Assembly (NCBI GenBank): GCA_963796285.1
Contig: CAWCKW010000012.1
Span: 128,001 to 192,000 of the forward strand
Direction: 5' to 3'
Source: Nitrospirota bacterium
Lineage (GTDB): Bacteria > Nitrospirota > UBA9217
Length of the DNA stretch: 64,000 nucleotides
A program made the position numbers and the translations under genes. The number at the start of each line of letters is the position of its first letter. Positions within the stretch are counted from its first letter, which is position 1. This document shows, in pieces, positions 19,093-27,162 of this stretch. The notes beneath the pieces are model-generated. The model searched no databases. It was not told where the DNA came from and saw only the letters and a program-made list of their open reading frames with translations.

Positions 19093-20055
19093 ATGAGCCG
19101 AACCCTCACGACTTGTTTTCGAATCGCAATCGCGATGCTCGTTTTGTGGTTGGCGTCTGTGGCTCCGGGACACTCGGCCGTCGCCGCGCCGCGAGCCGTC
19201 TGGATCTGGGAGGAAGACGCCTTCCGCATGCTCGACAAGGACGAGGCGCAGCGGGAAGTAGAAACCTTCCTCGATCAGCAGCATATCTCGACGATCTATC
19301 TGTATGCCGATGAATTTAACGGCCGGAACATTCTTGTGAACGAGCCCAAGAAATACCGGAAGCTCATAGCAAGCGCCCATGCGCGAGGGTTCAAGGTATT
19401 TGCGCTTCTTGGCTCGGCGTATCTCCGCACCCAGGAGTACATCCTCCAGGAGAAGCGTCGTGCCGCCAAACGCATGTTCGGAGCTGTCCTCGACTTCAAC
19501 AGAGACACGCCGGATGCGTCCTCGCGATTCGACGGGGTCAACATTGACATAGAACCATACCTTCTCGACGACTGGGCAACCGGGCGCCCGGTGCGTGGCC
19601 GGCAGTATCTGGAGCTCTCCGCCGAATTCATGCGCATGAAGGCCGAGGCCGGATCGAGTTTGCTGGTGGGGCCGGCGATGCCGTTCTGGTACGACGGCAT
19701 CGAAGACGTCGAGTGGAAGGGGCAACGCCGGAAGCTGAACGAGTTCGTTCAAGACATCTACGACTATGTCGCGATCATGGACTACAGGAACGTTGCCGAA
19801 GGTTCTGATGGGATCGTGTCGAACGCACAGGACGAGCTCGATTACGCGGATCGGGTGAACAAGATAGTGATGATCGGCGTCGAAACTCTTCAGTCCACAC
19901 CGGCGAAGGTCACCTTCTTTGGAAAGGGCAATAACTACTTTGAAGCGCAACTGGCACTGGCGGAATCCGCGATGACACAGCATCGGTCGTTCGGAGGTTT
20001 CGTTGTCCATCACTTGAAACCCTATCGTGTTTTGGTTGAGGATAAGAAAAAGTGA
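19093..20055 (+). CDS. Secreted protein, probable glycoside-hydrolase-like TIM barrel
   Basis: Signal peptide; FDGVNIDIEPY (DxDxE-like), AIMDY. Confidence 0.65.
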   Translation: MSRTLTTCFRIAIAMLVLWLASVAPGHSAVAAPRAVWIWEEDAFRMLDKDEAQREVETFLDQQHISTIYLYADEFNGRNILVNEPKKYRKLIASAHARGFKVFALLGSAYLRTQEYILQEKRRAAKRMFGAVLDFNRDTPDASSRFDGVNIDIEPYLLDDWATGRPVRGRQYLELSAEFMRMKAEAGSSLLVGPAMPFWYDGIEDVEWKGQRRKLNEFVQDIYDYVAIMDYRNVAEGSDGIVSNAQDELDYADRVNKIVMIGVETLQSTPAKVTFFGKGNNYFEAQLALAESAMTQHRSFGGFVVHHLKPYRVLVEDKKK

Positions 20056-20190
20056 GGCCCGCATCGCATTTTCGAGAACTTATAGACATAATGGTTGACA
20101 GTTGAAAATCAAGTGACCTGCCCCTTGCAACGTGGGTTATACTTGGGAACCGGGTTCCCAAATACAGAGCCACAACCAAGGAGGCAGGTC

Positions 20191-21300
20191 ATGAAACATT
20201 CTATCATTTTTGTCGGACTAGATGTACACAAAGATTCTATTGATATCGCCCTGGCCGATGATGGCAGAAACGGCGAGATCAGGTTCTACGGCACTATCGG
20301 CGGCGATACAGCATCGCTGGACAAAGCGATTCGTAAATTCCGCCGTTCTGGCACTGAGCTTCGTTTCGTATATGAAGCAGGCCCCTGCGGGTATGAGATC
20401 TACCGGCACCTGACTGCACAAGAATTCCCCTGCGATGTTATCGCGCCTTCGATGACACCGAAGAAGAGCGGCGATCGTATCAAGACCGATCGGCGGGATG
20501 CCCTGACTCTTGCCAGACTCTACCGATCGGGCGAATTGACACCGGTTTATGTCCCCCGGGAGGACGATGAAGCTATGCGTGACCTCGTCCGAGGCCGGGG
20601 GGACGCCGTAAACGCAACCCGGAAGGCCCGGCAACGCTTGAGCGCTTTCGTTCTTCGCCATGGTTTCCGGTATTCCGGCAGAAACGCATGGAGCGCGGCT
20701 CATCTGCGGTGGCTTGCGGACATCAAGATGCCGCATCCGGCCCAGCAGATCACGCTTCAGGAGTACATCAACAGCATCGAAGAGAATTCGGAGCGTGTTG
20801 ACCGTCTGACCGATCAGATATTGAAACTGATTCCAGCATGGCGCATGGCACCAGTCGTAGCTGCCCTTCAGGCTCTTCGCGGCGTGGCAGCTATTGTCGC
20901 AACAACCATGGTAGTCGAGATCGGAGACCTCAGGCGATTTGAGAATCCCCGGCAGCTCATGGCCTATCTGGGCTTGGTGCCCTCGGAGAACTCCAGCGGC
21001 CAGACCACCAAGCGGGGCGGCATCACGAAAACGGGCAATAGCCATGCCCGACGCGCCTTGATTGAAGCGGCACAGACGTATAGCTTCCCAGCCAAGGTCA
21101 GCAGGGAGCTCCGAAAGCGCCAGGAGGGCTTGCCGCGCGAGATCAAGGATATATCCTGGAAGGCCCAGGTGCGGCTCTGCGGACGATTCCGCAAACTCAT
21201 GGCCAGAGGGAAAAACTGAAACCGGACCGTAACCGCAATCGCACGAGAGCTTTCCGGGTTCATGTGGGCCATTGCCAAGGAAATACCCATGCCAGCATAA
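20191..21300 (+). pseudogene. IS110 recombinase with an in-frame TGA at 21217-21219
   Basis: GLDVH, YEAG, KTDRRDA, GLVPSENSSG; conserved TAIARELSGFMWA continues in frame after the TGA to TAA at 21298-21300. Confidence 0.82.
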
Positions 21301-21368
21301 GGCCAGAAACAGCTTTCAAAGAACACGACGGCTATTAAGGAGAACCGCCAAGAACAACAAACAACTAT

Positions 21369-21555
21369 CCAGGATATCACCAGAGACGCGACCACGATCA
21401 GGAGAACTCTCGTGCACCCTATGGAATAAGGCTTCGCCGAACTTCCGTTTTTAGAGCGAGACAGCTCCGCGATGGAGACAAGTCATGCGGTCAAATCCGC
21501 GAATATCAGAGTGATCAATCGTCGCCGATAGGTCCCGTCTCTGGTCATGCCCTGG
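21369..21555 (+). ncRNA. Putative bridge RNA/seekRNA of the IS1111 element
   Basis: Closing stem 21369-21393 with 21531-21555; internal matches to target and circle junction. Confidence 0.65.
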
Positions 21556-21695
21556 AGCAATAACTGATATCATCCCTTTTGTACGGAGGGGCGGGGAAAC
21601 TGTTTTCTCCTTGACAACTGTCAACCATATCAGGGTAGCATCTTCGCTGCGGGGTAGTTCATTTGAAGTGTTTCGATAATGGAGGTGGTTAGTAA

Positions 21696-22100
21696 ATGAC
21701 ATGGGCAGATGAAATAAATAACAATAGAGACGATATTATGAATCAACAAGACACTATATATATAAAGGCGAAATATAAGTACTATTCCTTGTCCCCTATG
21801 GTTATACGTGTTCTTGATGAGCTCGGTGAATCATTATGGGGTAGAAACGTTTTATTTTTTAAAAAATATAAAATTAATGCTGAGTTTAATTATCCTTGTT
21901 ATTGGGACTTATTTGAAAACAAAGAGTATGAAAATCAACCTAAAAATTTATTGAGAGTATATTTTGGCGAAGATTTGACACATTTCGTCATATCGATACC
22001 AATATTATTTTCAGGCAGGAGGCCAGATGCTATATCATGTAAAGATCTCTCTGAACAAGGGCTTAAGGAAGGATTGATTGAGATGGCTAAAGCTTTTTAA
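21696..22100 (+). CDS. Hypothetical protein, very AT-rich
   Basis: RBS GGAGGT; 134-aa ORF; no family recognised. Confidence 0.55.
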   Translation: MTWADEINNNRDDIMNQQDTIYIKAKYKYYSLSPMVIRVLDELGESLWGRNVLFFKKYKINAEFNYPCYWDLFENKEYENQPKNLLRVYFGEDLTHFVISIPILFSGRRPDAISCKDLSEQGLKEGLIEMAKAF

Positions 22101-22218
22101 AAATAATCGAATAAAAAAAACAGTTAATAGAGAAACATGAGTGTGTCAAACCTACACATTTGATAAGAGAGCAAAACTCAAAGTAAAAAAAGGCGAAAAT
22201 AGGGCGAATGACTAGACA

Positions 22219-22866
22219 ATGACTCATAATCTGAAAGCGGATAAAACGCAAGCCAGGCGCTTCAGCGTGTTCAATGCGCCCAACGCACTATCCGTATACC
22301 GCATTGCGGCCGCGCCGTTAATCCTCTACAGCATATTCTCCGGCCACCGAATGCTGTTTGCCTGGCTGGTCATTATCAACCTCGTTACCGATGCCCTTGA
22401 CGGTTTCATCGCCAGGCACTGGAAGATGGAGACCTCCATTGGGGTAAAGTTCGACTCGATCGGCGACCTAACAACGGACGTCCTTACGTTGTTAGGACTG
22501 GTCGTCCTTGAACAGCCGTTTGTGAGGAGCTACATCCTTCCGATCGGCCTGCTCATCGGCTTCTACCTGGCATCCCAGGTTCTTTCGCTCCTGCGCTTCC
22601 ATCGGCTGGTCTCCCTGCACCTCTATTCAAGCAAGCTCACAAACATCTTGCTGGCCGTGTTCTTCACCGCCTATTTCCTGGTCGCCTATGTCCCGGTGCT
22701 GTTCTACACGATGATCGTCGTGGGTATCCTTGGCGCCATCGAAGAAATTGCCGTCCTCTGCTTTCTCAAGGAGCACCAGGAAAATGTGCGCGGCCTTTAC
22801 TGGGTTCTGAAAGGAATGAAGACAAAGCCTATGGACGATAGTACGGGCAGGTTGGGACGCCCATAA
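22219..22866 (+). CDS. CDP-alcohol phosphatidyltransferase
   Basis: PNALSVYR, DALDGFIAR...G..FD..GD signature. Confidence 0.9.
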   Translation: MTHNLKADKTQARRFSVFNAPNALSVYRIAAAPLILYSIFSGHRMLFAWLVIINLVTDALDGFIARHWKMETSIGVKFDSIGDLTTDVLTLLGLVVLEQPFVRSYILPIGLLIGFYLASQVLSLLRFHRLVSLHLYSSKLTNILLAVFFTAYFLVAYVPVLFYTMIVVGILGAIEEIAVLCFLKEHQENVRGLYWVLKGMKTKPMDDSTGRLGRP

Positions 22867-22880
22867 AATCATAAGATCGT

Positions 22881-22928
22881 TTCCAACCAAACGTTCCAGC
22901 TGCCAAGCAGCTAAACTCGTCGTTACTC
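22881..22928 (+). other. Compact degenerate attC-like site
   Basis: TTCCAAC-N5-GTTCCAGC-TGCCAAGCA-GCTAAAC-N5-GTT. Confidence 0.4.
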
Positions 22929-23270
22929 CGCAGACGATGAAAAATCGATCCGCTTCCTGACGGCCTCGACGCGGTCCACCCGCACCCGCGCGGTGTCGCC
23001 GATGCGATATGATGACTTCTTCTTTTCTCCCCTTAGCAAGTGCAGCTTCTCCACATAGTGGTAGTAGCCGTCGTTGAGCGACGAGACATGCACCAGCCCT
23101 TCCGCGAAGAGATCGCGGAGCTGCACGAAGAAACCGAATTGCAGCACTCCTGTGATGATGCCGTCGTACACCTCGCCCACCTTGTCCTTCATGAACTCGA
23201 GCTTCAGCATGGTGATCACGTCGCGCTCCGCCTCCATGGCGATCCGTTCACGTTTGGAGCAATGTTCCGC
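22923..23270 (-). pseudogene. Duplicated 3' end of rnr (S1 domain), within ORF 22923..23303
   Basis: 348-bp direct repeat of 24257..24604, roughly 95% identical by eye. Confidence 0.92.
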
Positions 23271-23331
23271 AATCCGTCCTGATAATAAATTGTTGAACAT
23301 CAATATTTGAAGTTATATTGACATTGCTGGA

Positions 23332-23916
23332 ATGGAGATTTATCATATCGCCATGAATAAGCTGATTGATTTCTTAATAGAGTTTCTCCAGGACCTGAAG
23401 AATATGGATAAGGTTAAGCTTGCCAGGGAGTTTAAAGAAATTGTCTATCATACGAATAAGCAGTTGTTCAGCCAGATCCCGGGTGTCAGCGCTATTGTTG
23501 GGCTTTTGGTCGGATCGTGGGTAGCCTCAACTTTTACGAACTCGCCGATCAAAGGCTTCCTGTCCTCCGTTGGTATAATGAAAGGAGGAACCCATGTGGT
23601 CAGTAACACGACCTATAGATTTATTTCGGTGCTTTTGCCACTTATTGCTACGGCTATTACCGCTTATATAGTCCAAAAGACCATGAAGATATATCGTAAT
23701 AAAAGGTTGGAAAGAAGCATGGCGCTCGTGGCGCAATTAGGGGAAGATGATCAATCTGCGTTGCGCGGCAAAATGGGTATTCTGGATAAGGCCAAAGAGG
23801 CAGGCCTCGTCTCAGAAAGCGAATATCAGACAAAGCTTGTCAATCTCTACCAATCTTATACCAGAGATAACCATTCCAAGATCGAGGAAATAATTATCAA
23901 GAAGTTTGCGAGTTAG
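23332..23916 (+). CDS. Hypothetical membrane protein with possible SHOCT-like C-terminus
   Basis: 2 TM segments; LDKAKEAGLVSESEYQ; AT-rich. Confidence 0.65.
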   Translation: MEIYHIAMNKLIDFLIEFLQDLKNMDKVKLAREFKEIVYHTNKQLFSQIPGVSAIVGLLVGSWVASTFTNSPIKGFLSSVGIMKGGTHVVSNTTYRFISVLLPLIATAITAYIVQKTMKIYRNKRLERSMALVAQLGEDDQSALRGKMGILDKAKEAGLVSESEYQTKLVNLYQSYTRDNHSKIEEIIIKKFAS

Positions 23917-24256
23917 CATCACTCGACCTGTCTCACCTGCATAATAAAAAATCCATATATTTGTCCGGGTAATATCGATATTGCTCCCGAGACGCTTTGG
24001 ACCCGATCTGTACAAGCATAAAATAATCGTTTCTCAGCTGCGAATCGACTTTGTCCGGGCTTCGCCAGGGTGAGTCAGCCGTGTTCTCTCGTACATGTTA
24101 ATAATATTACTTCATGGTATGTGAAAGCGGGAGTTTATCATCCGAAGAGGGAAGAAATGAACTGATACGATTTGATTGAACAATCGGGCGTGAATGAAAT
24201 AGATGTTGGGCTTCACATTGTTCAGACCAACCTGCCAGCTGTCCTGAAAAATCGTT

Positions 24257-26407
24257 TTAATCCGCAGACAACGAAAAATCGATCCGCTTCCTGACGGCGT
24301 CGACGCGGTCCACCCGCACCCGCACTGTGTCGCCGATGCGATATGAGGACTTCTTCTTTTCTCCCCGCAGCAAATGCAGCTTCTCCACATAGTGGTAGTA
24401 GTCGTCGTTGAGCGACGAGACATGCACCAGCCCTTCCACGAAGAGATCGTGGAGCTGCACGAAGAAACCGAATTGCAGCACTCCCGTGATGATGCCGTCG
24501 TACACCTCGCCCACCTTGTCCTTCATGAACTCGAGCTTCAGCATGGTGATCACGTCGCGCTCCGCCTCCATGGCGATCCGTTCACGTTTGGAGCAGTGTT
24601 CCGCCTGGCCGGGAAGTTTTTCAGCAAGCTTCTCGGCATAGGCCGGGTCCTTCAGCCTGCCGCGCAGGTCCGCCTTCAGGATCCTGTGCGCGATCAGGTC
24701 CGGGTAGCGCCGGATAGGGGAGGTGAAGTGCGTATACGTCTCGGCGGCGAGGCCGAAGTGGCCGACGTTCTCGGCCGAATACTTTGCCTGTTTCATGGTG
24801 CGGAGCAGGACCGTGTTGATCAGCGTCTCTTCCGGCGTGCCCTTGGCCTTGGCGAGCGCCTTCTGCAGGTGCAGGGGTTTGAGCTTCTTCACCGCCGGGA
24901 GGGTGATGCCGAGGGTGGCGAGGAACTCGATAAGGTCCGTCAATTTTTCCTCGGCCGGCTCCTCATGGATGCGATAGATGAACGGCGCTTTTTTCCGCTC
25001 GATGTGGCGCGCCGTGGTCTCGTTCGCCGCGAGCATGAACTCCTCGATGATCTGGTGCGCCATGTTCCGTTCGGCCTTGAGGATGTCGGTCATGCGGCCC
25101 TGGAGGTCGAGCACGATCTGGGGTTCGGGAAGATCGAAGTCGATGCTGCCCCGTTTCGCCCGCTTCGCGCGCAGCACCGCCATGAGCTCTTCCATGAGCC
25201 CGAACTCGTCGAGCAGCGCGGCATAGCGCGTCCGCTGGGCCGCGTCACGGTCCACGAGGATCTCGCGCACCGCGGTGTAGGTCATGCGCTCGTTGCTGTT
25301 GATGACGCTCTCGTAGATGTCGTACCGCACGATCTCTCCCTCCGGAGAGATGTCCATCTCGCAGGTGAAGGTGAGCCGGTCCACGTTCGGGTTCAGGCTG
25401 CAGATGCCGTTCGAGAGCGCCTCGGGAAGCATGGGAATGGCGCGGTCCGGCAGGTACACGCTCGTGGCGCGCTGGTAGGCCTCTTCATCAAGGGTCGTGC
25501 CTTCATTGACATAGCTCGAAACATCGGCGATGTGCACCCAGAGGCGGTATCCCGCCTTGATCTTTTCGATGGAGATCGCGTCGTCGAAGTCGCGGGCCGT
25601 TTCTCCGTCAATGGTCACCGTCACCAGGTCCCGGAGGTCTTTCCTGCCCTTGCGCATTGCGGCGCTGACCTGCTGCGGGATGTCTTCGGCCTCACGGATC
25701 GTGGCGGGCGTAAAATGGACCGGCAACTCGTACTGTTCGATGATCAGCTCGGAGTCGATGCCGGGCTGGCCGGGCTGGCCGATGACCCTGAGGATCCTGC
25801 CTTCAGGCGGTCTGCCGCGCATGGGGTAGGAGATGATCTCGGCGGACACGATGTCGCCGTTTCTGGCTGCGCCCGCGTTCTCCCTGCCGATGACAAGGTC
25901 CTGGGTTATCTTCGGGTCGCGGGACGTTACAAAACCGTATCCTCCGGTCTTCGGATCAGGGAGCTCATACGTGCCGACGACCCTCGTGTGCGCGCGCTCG
26001 AGGATGCGGATGATCAGGCCCTCGCGTTTGCCCGCGGGCTTCCTTCTCCCGGCTGGCGGCGATACGCGGGCCACGACCTTGTCGCCGTTCATGGCGTCCA
26101 GTTTGCCCTTCGCGGAGATGTAGATGTCTGTCTTGCCTTTTATTTCCGGTATCACGAACCCGTATCCCTGCGGGTGGGCCTGGAAGATGCCCGTTTCGAG
26201 GTCCATCTTCTCGGGTAGGCCGTAGCGGTTGCCGCGCGTCTTGATGATCTCGCCGTTCAGGACAAGCTCGTTGAGCGCCCGTTTGAGCTCATGCCGGTCG
26301 TCGGCCGTGAGCTTCAGCAGCCGCATCAGCTCGCGCACCATCACGGGCTTGCCGGTCCTGGTCTTGATAAGGGCTATGAGTTGTTTGTGGGTGTATTCCA
26401 TAATCAT
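24257..26407 (-). CDS. rnr: Ribonuclease R
   Basis: TIDGETARDFDDA, HIADVS, HFTSPIRRYPD, C-terminal S1. Confidence 0.97.
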   Translation of the reverse strand: MIMEYTHKQLIALIKTRTGKPVMVRELMRLLKLTADDRHELKRALNELVLNGEIIKTRGNRYGLPEKMDLETGIFQAHPQGYGFVIPEIKGKTDIYISAKGKLDAMNGDKVVARVSPPAGRRKPAGKREGLIIRILERAHTRVVGTYELPDPKTGGYGFVTSRDPKITQDLVIGRENAGAARNGDIVSAEIISYPMRGRPPEGRILRVIGQPGQPGIDSELIIEQYELPVHFTPATIREAEDIPQQVSAAMRKGRKDLRDLVTVTIDGETARDFDDAISIEKIKAGYRLWVHIADVSSYVNEGTTLDEEAYQRATSVYLPDRAIPMLPEALSNGICSLNPNVDRLTFTCEMDISPEGEIVRYDIYESVINSNERMTYTAVREILVDRDAAQRTRYAALLDEFGLMEELMAVLRAKRAKRGSIDFDLPEPQIVLDLQGRMTDILKAERNMAHQIIEEFMLAANETTARHIERKKAPFIYRIHEEPAEEKLTDLIEFLATLGITLPAVKKLKPLHLQKALAKAKGTPEETLINTVLLRTMKQAKYSAENVGHFGLAAETYTHFTSPIRRYPDLIAHRILKADLRGRLKDPAYAEKLAEKLPGQAEHCSKRERIAMEAERDVITMLKLEFMKDKVGEVYDGIITGVLQFGFFVQLHDLFVEGLVHVSSLNDDYYHYVEKLHLLRGEKKKSSYRIGDTVRVRVDRVDAVRKRIDFSLSAD

Positions 26408-26500
26408 TCAGAAAACAGAGAACAGAAGACAGATTACAGACAACTGACTAAAGATTTTGATTTTTCTGTCCTCTGGCATCTGTGCTCTATTCTCTCTCTA
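26408..26500. repeat. Inverted heptamer-repeat hairpin without cargo gene
   Basis: (nnACAGA)n arm followed by (TCTGTnn)-like arm. Confidence 0.7.
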
Positions 26501-26891
26501 TCCTCACAAGTTTCGCTGTCGCCTCCGCGATCACGACCGGCCCCCGTTCTATCTTCGCCTGGGCCTGGATCAGTTTCTTCGTTTCACTGGTGATCCAGCC
26601 GGAAACGAGCAGTTCATCTCCCGGTGCGGCCGGGGCCTTGAAGGTGACTGTTATTTCCGCGGTCACGGCGGGGATCCCGAGGCTGACGGTGATCTTGCCC
26701 ATGGCCTCATCGAGCAATGTCGAGAGGATGCCGCCGTGGACGATCCCTTCGTACCCCTGGTGATTGACCGATGGCGTGAATTTCGCGCTGATGGCCCGCT
26801 GCTCTCTGTTGATCTCAAAATCAACGCCAAGGCCGGCCGGGTTTTCTTTGCCGCAGACGTAGCAGCGCTGGTTGTCGCGGAGTTGGATCAT
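26487..26891 (-). CDS. PaaI-family thioesterase
   Basis: CYVCG..NP.GL, HGGILSTLLDEAM. Confidence 0.9.
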   Translation of the reverse strand: MIQLRDNQRCYVCGKENPAGLGVDFEINREQRAISAKFTPSVNHQGYEGIVHGGILSTLLDEAMGKITVSLGIPAVTAEITVTFKAPAAPGDELLVSGWITSETKKLIQAQAKIERGPVVIAEATAKLVRIERE

Positions 26892-27162
26892 ATCGATATA
26901 TTGGCAGGTGAACAGGATTTACCTAATTCAAGAATGATAAATTCGTAAGAAAGTCACGGATTATGCCACACTGAGAACCACGAAGACACAAAGTGTAAGG
27001 ATGATTTAATCGAGCGGCCTTTCTTCGTGTCCTCTGTGCCTCCGTGTAAAAGCAAGATTTTGAACGAGATCATCAAGAATGGATCAAGACTGTATCCTGT
27101 GTCCCTGTCGAAAAGAGTGCTTGCGCTTGTAACTCCTGATACTTATCAGTATAATATAAAAA

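Larger units (their letters stand above)
20084..21633 (+). mobile_element. IS110-family, IS1111-type insertion sequence
   Basis: 14-bp subterminal inverted repeats ATGGTTGACAGTTG (20091-20104, 21615-21628), AG core at both ends, DEDD recombinase, long 3' non-coding region. Confidence 0.9.

Noticed and set aside
21217-21219. Selenoprotein transposase
   Set aside because: Position is not a known Cys site in IS110 proteins and no convincing SECIS was seen
21402-21408. GAGAACT in the IS non-coding region matching the left flank as a target guide
   Set aside because: Match is not contiguous with the core and may be a scaffold motif; treated as possible coincidence
22923-24604. DGR TR/VR pair with the four-helix-bundle gene as avd
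   Set aside because: Mismatches are not confined to adenines and no reverse transcriptase is present
24374-26218. Long antisense or alternate-frame ORFs (also 31443..33068, 46815..48215 and most of 33122..35017)
   Set aside because: Shadows of GC-rich real genes; only the 33149-33245 part of 33122..35017 looks genuine
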